From Lingula anatina (taxonomy: Eukaryota; Animalia; Brachiopoda): DNA of 64,000 bases. The stretch is from positions 1,558,954 to 1,622,953 of the forward strand of contig CM120644.1 of NCBI GenBank assembly GCA_051362555.1, given 5' to 3'. The position numbers and the translations under genes are program-made. Positions 1-32,920 of this stretch are shown one piece after another. Each line of letters begins with the position of its first letter. Positions within the stretch are counted from its first letter, which is position 1. The notes beneath the pieces were generated by a model. That model saw only the letters and a list, made by a program, of their open reading frames with translations. It did no database searches and was not told the origin of the DNA.

Positions 1-184
1 ACAAAACTTACAAGCTCTAAAATGGACTGACTGTATAATGTAAGTCCTACATAATAAGCTTATCACAGGGGGTTTATACTGAAAAAAAAACAGATTTTCC
101 ATGTGCCTTTAAAATGAGCTGTGTAAAATGAAATATATCAGGGCAATTAGAGGTGAAAGGAGAGTCCAGTCTGACGTAACTTAC

Positions 185-1969
185 CATGTCATCTTTGCCT
201 TCTATGGTGTGAATGTATGGCGCATTCTGAAATAATATGAGAATGAAAATAATATGAGAATGTACTAGTAAATGAAAACTGACCATTTGACCAAAACAAA
301 ATAATAATAATAATAATTATTATTATTATAATAATCATCATAATAACAGAAATGGTGAATATATTTTAAAAAATGTTCTTTTTCTAATTAATATATGATA
401 TATGATAATTTCAAATCCATACTTACTTCTGGGACAAGTCTGTTCAGCATCATTTCTGAATCAACCCTGTGCGAAAAAGAAAAAGTGAAAAATGACCACT
501 AACACCCCATTTCCATAGATTTTTAGATCAATCTATCCCTGTGGGGAGTCTCACTAGATTACTGTCAGCTTGGCTGGCTTAAGCATCTGTCCCGCCTACT
601 AAAAGCCGTAAGGGGGTAATTAACTATGGTGCCCGCTCGGCTGACTGCAATTTAGCATGAACCCCAAAGGAGTTAGGTCGATCTAAAACTTAATCTTTAG
701 ATTGATCTAAATCTCTGGGAAAGCACCCTAAGGTAAATGACATAGTGTATATTGCAACTGAATTCTAAACAAAAATTTCGGTCGCTTATTATGTCCGCTT
801 TGCAATAATGTTGGCTTAAAATCATAAATAAAAATAGATGAAAGAATATTAGAAAGGACTTAATTATGCATCTATTTCTCTCAATAAATAATAGCATAAA
901 ATTGGCCATATATATATATTGCAAACTACTACCACATTGTGATAATTGATAATGTCAGGGCTCGACATTAGCGCCTGTCCGCCTGTCCGGGACAGGTAAA
1001 AATTCAGTTCGGACAGGTGAAGTTGCAGGGTTGGCTGTCCGACGGACAGGTCATGTTTTATGAGAAATGTGGAGCAAAAATCTTTAAAAAATCATTTTTG
1101 TTGCATACTAATGTCTTTTTGCCTCTTCCTAGACGGCATTAAAAAGAGTGACCTACTTTTGGCACAAAACACATGCAGTCGCAAAACGAAGTCTGAGCAA
1201 ACTTACCGCCAAATTATGCAAGTGTTCTGAGCAAACTTACTGCCAAATTATGAAAGTGAACACCCTCCAGAACTTCATCAGACAAAATTTATTCACATAT
1301 CAGGTTCACTACTGAACATTTATTTAGTTAAAAATCCTACGTGCTCTAGTAATAAAGACCCTTCCAAAAACAGAAACTATGCGAGTACAGTGCTGCCTGG
1401 TTACAAAACCAGATTGGACTGGATGAACAGGCTATATCTAGTTCGTTGTCAAGGCAACATACTGCCTGTCAATCAAATACCTACTAGTATGCGATCTACT
1501 CACTATAGAAAGTGAAATCTTTGGGATTGAAGATCTTGTTGAAATGTTGTTTATTTGCCAAGATATAACCAGAAATTTTGTATGATGTTTTCTTTAATGA
1601 CTCTAGCATCACCTCTGTTATTTACAGTTTAAAATTTAGTGCTGGAATATGATAAATTAACATTGCTCTCATATACCAGTGTGATATTGATGTAAGGAAG
1701 AAATTAGTAATAACAAATATGAGAATTTAAATAAAAAGAAGGGGAAGTTTTTTATACTGATTTTATTTAATTCATATATTTTTTAAAAATGAAACACATG
1801 ATAACCCCTTAAGAAGTAAATATAAGTAAATATAAATATAAGTAAGGTATTATAAAGTATTATAACATGAATATTCTTTAATTTTCATTGAACTTTATTC
1901 AGATATTTTAAATATTGAATATTTTAATAAAATTAATTTAACAGTACCACCTCCCCAATTCCCGCTCAG

Positions 1970-2007
<38 letters not shown>

Positions 2008-2926
2008 CTTTGGTTAAACTTCTTGTGAATCTGTTATCAAATTGCAGACTTACAATTAGTAAACCCTGTACCCCAAATCCTAGGAGAAGCCCTGATTGGA
2101 ACTAAATAAATATTAGACTTATATGCAAGATTAAATCTTCAGGAGTTCACAAGTATGAAAAAACAACTTTTTATCTGAACATAAATTCACTTTAAGGTGC
2201 ATTTTCGGGGCTCATATGATTGAATGTGTTGGTAATAAATACATTAAATGTATGAGTCACTACACATATTAATTGACAAAGTTCAAAGGTATGAATAAAA
2301 AAAAATTATTGGTTTTGTGGACAGGTTGGATTGAAAATCGGACAGGTCAAATTTATGATCACCTGTCCGAAGGACAGGTGCTCATAAAAGTTAGTGTCTA
2401 GCCCTGTAATGTTTTTTGTTAATTAGTGACTTCATCCCAACTCCTGGTTACATACCTTACATCTGGGTCCCATGACTGAAAATACATGTAAAAAAAAATT
2501 TTGAACAGAGGAAACACTGGTTATGATTATTATTTCAATTAATTTTAGTTTTACATCTTTCCTCCTAATTATCATCTTCATGTTCGTTCTCACAAACCTT
2601 ACTGTCTTATATTTACTAAAGGGCTTTATCTATATATGAAAGATAATTCATTAAAAAGCTCTGAGGACACTTGTTCCCCAGGTTCACTGTTTATAACTTT
2701 GTATGGACTATTGCACACATGGAATGCATACATGGCATATTGCATACTGTGAGAAAAAATAGCGTTTTAAAAAAATTGGCATTGATTTACAAGATAAAGA
2801 ATTATACCAGTGAACATAAAGACATACTACTACCGATACACAACTACAATACATCTGCTGTCTAATATATTTAATAATGATGAAATTCAATGTACCACCG
2901 GTCTGGTACTGGTAGTTAACCCCCCC

Positions 2927-2957
<31 letters not shown>

Positions 2958-3679
2958 ATTTGTATACTATGGCATACAAACCTCATTCAAAGCCAAACTG
3001 GCTGAAGTATGCTTGACTGGAAAAGAAAGTCAGAGCTAGATTTAAAGCAGTGTCATACTCATGCAGATACCTTGTTTTTCAACGCAAACACACTTTTTTA
3101 AAAATTTGGATTCATAAAAACACATTCAATGTGTACTTAATTAATTGCAACACCTTTCAAGAGCTAGTACAGCATTTCATTCTACAGTTTGTGCTATTTA
3201 ATGTACAAATACTGTATACTAATAAGCATAGGATAGTAATTAAAACGTATGAAACCGTGCTATTAGTAGTTGTACTATTATTTAGAGAAATGTAAACTTT
3301 TTTGCAAAATGAATAATTAGTTCAATTAAGGTCAAATCCAATTGAGATACTAAAAAAAAACAGTTTATACGAATAAAGATATACACAAACTTCTTAACAA
3401 AGTTAACAAAAGCGATCGAGTCATATTTAGGGGTTATTTCTGTATGGTTTCTTAATTAGCGCAATGGAATGGAAATCAAAACAACTCACTCAAAATATGT
3501 GCTAGCCCGACTCTGATTTTTGCAAGTTCTGGAATATTCTGAATCTCCTGAGTTATTACATGGCAGCCTCTTTTTTGTGCCTTAAGTGTTATTTCCCTCT
3601 GATACCACACGGCTCCTTGTGCGGACATTTTGCTCACGTCTAACAAGTCACTAAGGCCGTCGTCTTTATCATCGGCCAT
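185..3679 (-). CDS. YjbQ/UPF0047 family protein (secondary thiamine-phosphate synthase-like); spliced, 3' part lies outside the window
   Basis: Exons 3679-3490, 3016-2982, 2475-2456, 466-427 and 226-185 all have GT-AG boundaries and join in frame: MADDK...WYQREITLKAQKRGCHVITQEIQNIPELAKIRVGLAHILIKHTSASLALNESWDPDVRVDSEMMLNRLVPENAPYIHTIEGKDDM. The HTSASL.LNE..DPDV and H..EG.DDM motifs are typical of YjbQ. Confidence 0.9.
956..2406. mobile_element. Non-autonomous DNA transposon (hAT-like CAGGG termini)
   Basis: TIRs cagggctcgacatta / tagtgtctagccctg, subterminal cctgtccg/cggacagg repeats at both ends, and a 6-bp direct repeat taatgt on each flank (950-955, 2407-2412). Confidence 0.8.
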
Positions 3680-4112
3680 TCCATTCAGTTGGTCAAAGGT
3701 GAAAAATTAGGAGATCGACATCCGAAATCTGTCACGAGATATGAGAAGAAAGTATAGGTGGAATGACAATAAAACAAAATATTATTTGTAAAATAAATTA
3801 CCACCTACCATAAATTTCTTAATTTGTATTTTTATTATTTATTTGGTCAATTGTTTGAATTTCTTTTTATATAGCGTTCCATATTTCGGTAAAAGCTGTG
3901 TGTCTGTAGTCCCTGCAGGTGTTCCCAAACCTCTTCATTTTGACCTCGATTTGGTTAAAGAGATACTCAGGTCTCTCTATTCAAAATGAGGATTCAGCGA
4001 GGAGAGTAGCTGCAAGTGTCATAACAGATAGAAGCGGCTCGTAGTACGCACGGCCAACGTTTTCTCCAGGCATTATTATTATCAGCTGAATTTATGACCG
4101 AAGAATAGACAG
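3680..4112. promoter_or_regulatory. Putative bidirectional promoter and non-coding first exon of ABCB1
   Basis: CpG-retaining stretch just upstream of the YjbQ ATG (- strand), with a strong + strand donor CAG|GTAAGT at 4112/4113. The link to ABCB1 is inferred. Confidence 0.5.
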
Positions 4113-4306
4113 GTAAGTAAGGCTTTTGTTTTTATGAATTTTGGGAACTCGTGATGGGGAAGTGTTTTAAGGACCCTAAAGTAGAACGTCCATTAATGAT
4201 TTTAAAAGTCCTGTGGTCAAAAATGGCCAGTCCTCTGAAATGCAATTTACTTTAGTCTGACTATAAGTTAGTGAAGGGGCACTGGATCTGTATATTGCTG
4301 AAACCA

Positions 4307-4564
4307 CAAGGGCGGATCCAGGGTTATTCGAAGGGGAAGGAGGCTGGTTTTAGACAGGCCGCAGAATGCGAAGCCGACCCTCGCCCCGCTGAAGGGCCCC
4401 AACAAAATTTGGCATTTTAGGGGGCGAACGATGCCATTTGGTGCGGTTTAGAAGTATGATTCAGCTAGTCAAAATTCTAATTTGAAGAGGGGATGATTGG
4501 TGTGATTTTTTTAGAAATCGAAGGAGGGGTCAGGACACCCTAACACCCCCTAAATCTACCACTG
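4307..4564. mobile_element. Degenerate MITE
   Basis: Imperfect TIRs caagggcggatccaggg / ccctaaatctaccactg around a GC-rich interior in AT-rich context. Confidence 0.55.
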
Positions 4565-4732
4565 AACCGTCTTGTAATATTTTCTAAAATGCATGAGTCA
4601 TCCAAGAATAAAATAATGGTTGGTTATTTTAATAATATATGACTGTTAGATAAAATTGCAGGTATACTAGTACATAAATATATGCAGGTAAATATATAGT
4701 ATAAATAGCTGATGTGCCCCTGCCCCCCCCCC

Positions 4733-4764
<32 letters not shown>

Positions 4765-4959
4765 AAAGTTAGTAATACCAAGATGTGACCTTTTAAATGT
4801 TTCTTTTTTGTACCGAGGTGGTCTATGAGAATGACATGCTGCAAGGGTAAATTTTGGGACAGTTGATGTACGTATAGTCACCCATTGTTTTTTTTTTTTT
4901 TTCGGAAACATTATCTTCTTGAACAAGGTCAGACAGTTTCTATTATTTATTAGGCTCAT

Positions 4960-5650
4960 TTGGTTTTAGAAAAATAGAAGACTTTTTCTGAGGTTAAAAA
5001 CTGGGACATTGTCTGCATGATGAAAGCATTTGTAGAATTTTTGTTGTAACGTATTCAGTCACATTATTTTGGTTTATGCTGGTGCTCTTTTCAAGTGAAG
5101 TGAATGGCATTTAATTAACTTCAGGGCAGGTTAAAATATAGGTCCAGGTTATATATCTTTTTTTTAAATCTCCCTTTACACCGTAAATTTGTTTTATAAG
5201 GGAAATTTGGTTTTTTAAAAAAATAAACTGGTTTTTCTGAGGTTAAAATGCAGATCATTGTCAGCATGATAAAAACATTTCAAGATTTTTTTTTGTTTTT
5301 GTTGTGAGCTCAGTCACATGAATTCCGGTTGTCTTGTGACATGAATAACTAATGACTTTTCTGAGTTTATAATGTGGGACATTGTCAGCATGATGAAGGC
5401 ATTTCCATTTTGTTGTTGTTGTGTACTCAATCACGTGGTTTTATTTGTTTATCCTGCCACTTGGGTCTGTACTGTGTTTATTTTTTGCTAAATCTCCTTT
5501 TACAACATCAGTCTGTTTTATTAGGGAAATTGGATTTTAGAAATATCAATGGCTTTTCCTGAGGTTAAAATCTGGAACGCTGTCTGCATGATGAAAGCAT
5601 TTCAAAAATTTTTTCATTGTTGCTGCTGTGAGCTAAGTCACCTGAATTAA
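4960..5650. repeat. Degenerate tandem repeat, about 4 units
   Basis: The core tttctgaggttaaaa..gggacattgtc(a/t)gcatgatgaaagcattt recurs near 4985, 5234, 5358 and 5555. Confidence 0.7.
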
Positions 5651-6360
5651 GGTTGAGAAAATGTTTAACTTTTCACTTCCCACAAATGTTTAAAATGTTC
5701 TCAACATGATGGATAATACTACTACTAGTACTTCAATCAGTGTGTTGACATTGCTCTTTGCTAGTGCGCCAGTCTGTAGGTTATTTATGCCATGAATTAT
5801 AGTGGTGCTGTATGTTATCATGGAAAATGCATAAACCTGAAAATAGAGAGAAAAAAAATTTAATAAAATAGAACCCCCCCCCCCAAAAAAAGAGAGAAAA
5901 AATTGTTTTTGGAGCGGTGCTCAATATTGTCATTAAATGACACTCCTACCTAAAAGAAAAAATGTAATTTGCTATTGGAATCAATAACTGACAGCACCTA
6001 TTTCTTTCTACATTTATTTCACTTAATGGATACTGCAGCTATTATCGTGCTCTGTTGGCTCACTTTAATGGGGTCAAAAACTGGGACACCCAGGTGACTC
6101 TAGAACACAATGCGTCAGCACTAACTTCTGTTACATCAGTCTACGCTAGGAGTGGGGTCTGACATTATTGTACTACAAGTGACATCATACAAACACACAT
6201 GTATAAATATATCTGTGTTCAGATGATGAGAGGCAGAATTAAGTTGAAGAATTTGTAAGCAGACTGTTAAGGTTGCTTGTGAGATTTATAGGTAAGTAGG
6301 CACTGTAAACGAGTGGAGAAGATTGTGTTTGCTTCACTGCAGTTTTCATTTGCTTGCCAG

Positions 6361-6506
6361 GGCTCCGTATCTCGAAAGGTTCATTATGTTGCGCACGTGC
6401 GAAAGTGTCTCGATTCCATGGCCCCGTATCTCGAAATAGAATCGGTTATGGAATCGAGACACTTGCGCACGTGCGCAACATAGTGAACCTTTTGGGATAC
6501 GGAGCC
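6361..6506. mobile_element. Palindromic MITE (PIF/Harbinger-like)
   Basis: Near-perfect inverted arms of about 60 bp (ggctccgtatctcgaaaggttca... / ...tgaaccttttgggatacggagcc), flanked by a 3-bp cag duplication. Confidence 0.75.
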
Positions 6507-8575
6507 CAGAACTCTGGTGGTCAGGTACAGGACACAATTACATGTACTGGTAAATTAAAGTGCACTGCTGTTTTTTTTAGTTTTTGGAAGGCTACAGTTT
6601 AGAGATAAATTTATGAATATCTGAAAGTCAATTGTGAGACTGTTCATGATATGTTGCCATAGTGCAGAAGGACAAGCACTATATAAGTCTGACAGATAAA
6701 ATATTCAAAACTTTGTTTAACCATTGTGTTTACTTCTAACATAGATCTGTGAATGGAGTCTCAGATTGAGTAAAAAAAAAAGCTTTAAGACTTAAAATGT
6801 CTCCACCAAATCCATAGTGCTTAGTAGTTTACTATTTGAAAAATTCAGTCTAAACTCTGAAAACATAAACCATTTCCTTCTTTTTATAAAACCTGACTAC
6901 ATTTTATTGACAGGTAAGTCGGCCATGAATGATTTATCTTGTGTCAAAATCCAGGTCTTAAAGTCATAGACAATTTGAAGATCTTTTGTAAGACTGACCA
7001 GTATTCCTTCACAGGTAGATTGGTTGATCGGGGATTTAGTTGTCTGCGTCACCGCGGGGCCACTTCGACCACTACGGTGTCCATTTCAGATTTCAATAGC
7101 TGGCAGATAAATTCATTTATGTGATGAATGTGGCCTTTTAGACACTGATTCTGTGATCTCTGATGGAAGGTGACTTTGCAGTTATGGTAATGAACATTTT
7201 ACAAATAACAGCACCACCGCAAATGGGCTGTACTAAAAGGGAAACATGTTTCCATAGCAGTTATAATAATATCAGATTTGCTGTTGAGGCTCAGCTAAGA
7301 GTACAAATAAAGAATAAAAATTCTTTCACTTCGCTTAGTTGGAAAAAATATCCTTTGCAGTCTTTGCTGATAGACTGCTTTGACTTAAAAGTAATTGGTC
7401 TTGTGAAATGTCCCCCCCCCCTCTCCACAATAGTTTTAGTTTTTGAACCCGTAGATGTGTCTTTAAGCCTCAGTCAGGTGAGTGGTATTGGCACAGTAAT
7501 AGTTGCTAGTGTGCAAGAAAAATGAGCAAATAAAAGATAAGGAGACTTAAATTTTTTTTCCTATTTTGTTTGTCAAAATTTTATGGGTATGGTGGCTAAC
7601 AGTTGATTATTGATTTCAAACCTGTCTAGTGGTGGATATTTGCCTGGTGTTGGACCTGATGTAGAGTTTAAAATGTTATAAATTTATAATAACATGTAGA
7701 AGTCGCTCCCTTTTTTCATATTTGGTGGGTCGCATCAGTCTTCACCCAATTTATTTCCATTCTTTTTTTTAGTGTTGAGGGGGGGGGGGGGCAGAGGGGA
7801 AGAACAAGAGCACAATTTGTTTTGCCCCTTTCCCTTGGTAGATGGAAATAATGAAATTTTGAATTATGGGTATTTCATTTTTATCAGTACACTTTAGAAA
7901 TACTATATGGTTGTAATTTACATTTGAAAACTTTTATCAATAGATTAATATGTAGTGAGATCCACATCTCAAATATGCTCAGACAGAAAGGCAGACATAT
8001 AACATTTGTTAAAGCTGTCCCCCCCCCTCCCCCTCCACTGACAGCCTCCTTTTGTTATTTGGTGTAGTTTTTTTATAGAAAAGAAAAAGAAGACAGAAAA
8101 AAAAACTGTCACAAGTTTATTTAAGTACATAACCAGTGTTTGAAGATTATGAACTTATGATCTACAGGCAATCTTAAACCACCTTTTGGAGTATTGATGT
8201 AGTTAAAAAAGTACCTGAGGAAAAAAACTTCTTCACCATTGATCTTAAATGTAAATATGTAAACAATCCTATATTGTGTAATTGGTGACTTTGGCACAGT
8301 AAAGTTGTGAGGAAAGTGTAGAATTTCTTGTAGTAAGTAAGATATTAATATACAAGGAGAAGATCTGTCCACACAAGCGTAAGATATGACTGAAGAGATT
8401 ACAGATTGGTGTCATTCTTAATTATCTTGTTGTGATGTAGTATTTCTGGTTACTAATTGAGTTGTTCAAATAATAAGACAAGATTTAACTTAAAGAGGTA
8501 TACAGTTAGGTGTCATTCTTAAATATCCTACTGATGTAGTATTTCTAGTTAATTATTGATTGGTTTAAGACAGAT

Positions 8576-9630
8576 ATAATATAATAATAATAATAATTTT
8601 ATTGAGCACTAAAATGTTTCAGTACATTTTGCAGGCCCTCTAAACTACTTGTATATATATATATACATTAAGTACAATCTAGACCTATTATCACAATAAA
8701 AATAAATAAATAGATAATAACAATAATAATAATAATAGTAATAATAATAAGATAAAAATACCTATATTACATAATGACAATTACATTGTTCTGTATTGCG
8801 GTAGACTTGCTCATTATTATTGACAGGCTAGTCTTTTTTTAAATGTTTGTTGGATGAAGTGACACACGGTTTTTAGGGAGTGTTCACTTTGAGGATTGAG
8901 AAGCCAGGCAAGTTTTTCTAAATCAGATGACATTTGCGGCGGTATCATTTTTATCATTTTTTCTCTTTCATTCACATGCTCATTACATTTAAGTAGGAAA
9001 TGCACTTCTGTTTCAACATCATTGCAATGTGGACATATTCGGTTTTCTACTGGTTTTTTGGGTTTTGTGTAGCGCCCTCTTTCAATTTCTAGGTCATGGT
9101 CGCTGATTCGAAATTTTGCAAGTGTTTTTATTTCATTTAGAGGGACTTTCATTGTGAGATAATTTTCTGGAGTGTAGGATTTCTTTATTGCTTTATAAGT
9201 TCTTAGTTTGCTTTTATTGTCACTGTGCAGATCGGTCCAAAAAAGTTCTTCAATTTTTTTAATAACATTTGCTTGAAGTATATTTGGGTCTACAGTGTTT
9301 AGATCTGTTGACAGTCCCCAGAGGTCTATAAAAGTTTTTAGAGAGCTTGACCAGCTAGGCCCTTTTAAATGGATTTCTCTTTCATAGATTTGTTTCACGA
9401 TTCTATTTGGAGCAAGTTCTTTGAAACGAATTTGGTACTTAAAAACATGTTTTACAATATCTGTGTAGAGTGGCAGCCTTCCAAGTTCTGCCCTACTTGC
9501 ATTGTTGCTTGCATATTTCCGCACACCAAGAGCCCACTTACACGTTTTTAGATGGAGCTGCTCAAAAGGCATTTTATTAATTTTTTGGAGGGAGATTTTC
9601 TTATCTTTAAATAGTTCCTCTGCCCAAACT
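8576..9630 (-). mobile_element. 5'-truncated LINE retrotransposon (ORF2 C-terminus, 3'UTR and microsatellite tail)
   Basis: ORF 8817-9572 has LINE ORF2 C-terminal motifs: ELGRLPL, KLRTY, FRISDHDLEIERGRY and the CCHC knuckle CPHC..VETEVHFLLKC. It ends in AATAAA plus an (ATT)n tail. No RT core remains. Confidence 0.85.
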
Positions 9631-11134
9631 ATAGGCAGGTTGCAATAAGTACATTAATGAAGCTGAATTAGGCAAATTAGTTGCCAAGGAAATATCCTAT
9701 GTCTGGATGTCAAAGAAATAAATATATGTCAGCTTTGTGTTCAGCATCAATTTTTGCTAAAAAAAAAAAAACAAACAAACACCTGTTAGAGAATATTTTT
9801 AATGTTTACTCTACCCTAGTAGTGTGGCTAACAGGAGGGATATTGATAAGATTAAGTGGATAGAGAGAGACTTACTAGTAATATGATATAATTAATCTTG
9901 ACTAGTCTAGTCGGCCAAGCCCTGCAGTTACAATTCGTTTCACCCTCTAGAGTTACATAACAAAGGAACGCACCAAAAATGAGTATTGTACATACTGTGT
10001 GCTACATGTCATACCCCTGTTTACAAAATCGTCCCATATATTGCCCCCCTGGTTTTACCTGACCTTGTTATTGACACTGGTTTGGACGTAGCCTAGTTTG
10101 CGCCCTCAGATTGTAGTGTCAATGGCAATGTAATGTGATATGGTCACATATCTTCCACTGTACATTATACACGCTGGCTGCACCTCAGGTACTGAAGGGA
10201 GTTAAGTATTCAGGCCTTTGCCTGGTTCTTCTTCCGTGTCCTTTTGGGTCTTTTGTTCGGTGCTCAGTTTGGTGGATTTATGTAAGTAGCTCCAATAGGC
10301 TGGTTGTAGTAATAAGCAGTTGACTTTTGTCAAGACAGGAAAGGTGCTGTGTACTTCAGTACATCTAATGGGTAATAGAGGGGTAAGTGGGTTAATACAA
10401 CTGTACTGTATGGAGCTTATTATGAAATTTAAAAGCACCTGGTGGGTTGCTTCCACTTTATGTGATATATACATTTACTGTGGGATTTAAGAAGATAAGT
10501 AAACAAATTATTTTCTGCTCAGACTCACCTTGTGGAAAGACTGGACGGATACTTATGCCGCATCCAGAACAGCAGTGACTGGTCTGTTACTGTTAATGTT
10601 ACACAGGGATATATATATATATCCCTGTTCAACTGATACTTTTAAAATTGTAAAAGCATACTTTTTGGATTTGAAAATGCACCTAGTGGGTTATTTTACA
10701 GCAGTATTAAATGTCGTAGATTTTTATCATATATAAATCTGTAGGAATTGACTCAGTTAATGCAGTAATTTATTTGCACTGGCTATTGGTATTTTGGAGT
10801 ACCAACAGAACCCTTTGGCAAATATCATTGTTTGTCAAACACCGCATCGGTGATGGCACATGAAGAAGATGGTGCAATGTAACTTTAAAAGTTAAATGTG
10901 AAATGCATTAGTTTAGGTGACAAACTAGAACTAATTAAATCTTACCATCAGATATAGTCTACTTATCTTGAAAGTGAGTTGATATCTTATCAGGGTGGTA
11001 GAGTTCAATATTCCTGATATCTAAGGCTGCAGTCACACTGACCAAACAGATCCAGCCTGATACAACCCACCTGCGGCCTATATCTGCAGCTCTGGTGGTA
11101 GTCAAACAGGCCAGAAAGGATTTTTTGAAATAAT

Positions 11135-11648
11135 CAGGGATGCTAGTCTTCCGGTTTTTACCGGAATTCCGGTTTTTTGCGTCCAGTTATAAAATTTTCT
11201 GGTACTATATTTTGTTCCGGAATTCTCGTTTTTAACGTGGTCGCGGACTGGACGAACGATGCGTCAGAGGAACGTCGCATTTCAACCATTGCGACAGAGC
11301 TGCGTTTCAACACAATATCTAGTCACAGCCGTAGCACGTGATTTATTTATGGCGCTTGATTGGTTGGAAATGTAGGCTTTAATGTCGGCACCCATGTGGA
11401 AAGTTTTGACACCGCGTGCGCGGAATTTTGAACTAAACCAAACTAAATGGATTTCGCGGAGAGGGGAACAGACGATATTAGCCATTACCAATCTTTGAAA
11501 ATGATAAATGAAAGGGATTAACATTTAGTGACTATCATTATCATGCTGGTGATTATCAAGCTTACGTGAGGGATCATTACTGTCTACCCCCCGGTCTTTG
11601 CCAAAAAAAAAGTTCAGGTTTTCTTTCCGGACCCCACTAGCATCCCTG
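11135..11648. mobile_element. MITE with CAGGG termini
   Basis: TIRs cagggatgctagt / actagcatccctg, a 6-bp direct repeat aataat (11129-11134, 11649-11654), and a CpG-rich interior. Confidence 0.8.
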
Positions 11649-12606
11649 AATAATATTCCTAGCAGTAATTTCCAGAAATATGACACAGAAGTACAATCTT
11701 AATTTCTTGCAGTCATGCCGAGCAAATGTTAACTTCTTATGATAATTCTGTAAAAATTGACAACGGTATGTAGAACGAATGGTGTTAAACCTTCTTTGAG
11801 CTAGTGTGAACATCTCTGAGTTATAAATGAATGACATTATCAATGAAAGCCTTGTGACAAGTTCATGCTCACAAAAGTGCCATTGTATCAAAGTTTAGGT
11901 TATATAAATTTGTGACCACTGATGATAATGCAGTTCACTTTCTGTTTCTTTTCCAAATTGGCAGAGTTTTGCAAGGTTTAAGAAATTTCCAGTAAAGCTG
12001 GCTGCAGGGACTGGGAGTCATCTAGCAGAAACATTTGACAGTAAATGAACAAATTTATTTAATTTTACTGACCCCCTCTCAAGTTTAAATGGAAGTAGGG
12101 ATTGGTCAGCACTTGTCAATGCCATGGACGGTGCATTAAATGTTGATATTGCTGTTTTATATTTCAGATAAATTCAAGTCTTTGGGAGTACTGAAAGAGA
12201 TAAAGAAGAATACTAGGAAACAGGCTGACATTTATTGTGGAAAAAACAGCAGGAGAATTCTTAGTGAAAGCGCCCAGATCAAAATTAAGAAGAAGAAAAA
12301 TCAAAAGTGAAACCCTTTGTGGAATTAAAATATTAAGAAGGAAAACTCCAACAGCTGAGGAATATATGTGATAAAATATAACATACCATTTATTTTAGTT
12401 TTATACCCATTGCTACCTCTGAAAAAAATCAGAACCAAATAACTACAACATTTATGAGAAGTCTTCTTTATTTATCATTTATTGAGTTAAGTGTATTAAT
12501 CCCAGAAGCCAACCTGAAAAGGTGACTGTACTTAAAAAAATTGTCTTTCATCAATCAACTTTATCAGTTGTATGTTTTGTAAGAAAAACTTAAAAAACAA
12601 CTCAGC

Positions 12607-32167
<19,561 letters not shown>

Positions 32168-32319
32168 ATGCCATTGGATGATTAAGTTTTGTTAAATGTT
32201 CTCTGATTGGAGTATGTGGCTCTGGTCTCTCTTCTCTCAGCTGTTTGGCTCAGAGCAGACAGTTTGATGGGTGATACCTATGTATGTAAGGAATTGAACT
32301 ATTTGTTGAATGGATTTTG

Positions 32320-32920
32320 TAACATCTATTTTAATTGGAACACAGCTGACACTTTCAAGAATCCTCACTTAATTTTGCTACATCTGGTTTGATTGGTTCA
32401 CAGCTGACACTTATAAGGATCCTCACTTTCATGATGCATGATTGGTGAATTATTGTCAAACGGATTTTGTTACACTTATTTTGATTGGAACACAGCTGAC
32501 ACTTTCAAGCGTCCTCACTAAAGTGACATTTGATTGGTGGAACTCAGGGGTAGGTTTCCATGTATTCTATCTGATACGTTCACAGGACAGCCACAGTATT
32601 ATGTAGTAGTAATTACTACTAGCAGTACGACTTGTGAAACCAGTGGTTTGTTTCTTAATTGATTTTAGAAGAATGTTAACAAGAATAGAGGACCTTTAAT
32701 CTTGAAGATTTGATGGCTGCATCACCTATTATTTGCTACCTCTAATTTTGAGAGCAGTACAGTTGGCACTATCATGACAGATATTTTCAAAAGAAAATTA
32801 ACAGCTTAGTAAAGTGTTTAGATTGGTTTGCAGCTGACATTTTGTTTTGTAAAAGGACATATGATTGGCTCATATTATTATTGTCACTGATCCTTTGATT
32901 GGACCACAACTTACACCTTC
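32320..32920 (+). repeat. Dispersed short repeats in the presumed ABCB1 3'UTR
   Basis: (g/a)attggNNcacagctgacactt..aag..tcctcact occurs near 32333, 32391 and 32483, with degenerate copies near 32822 and 32897. Confidence 0.65.
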
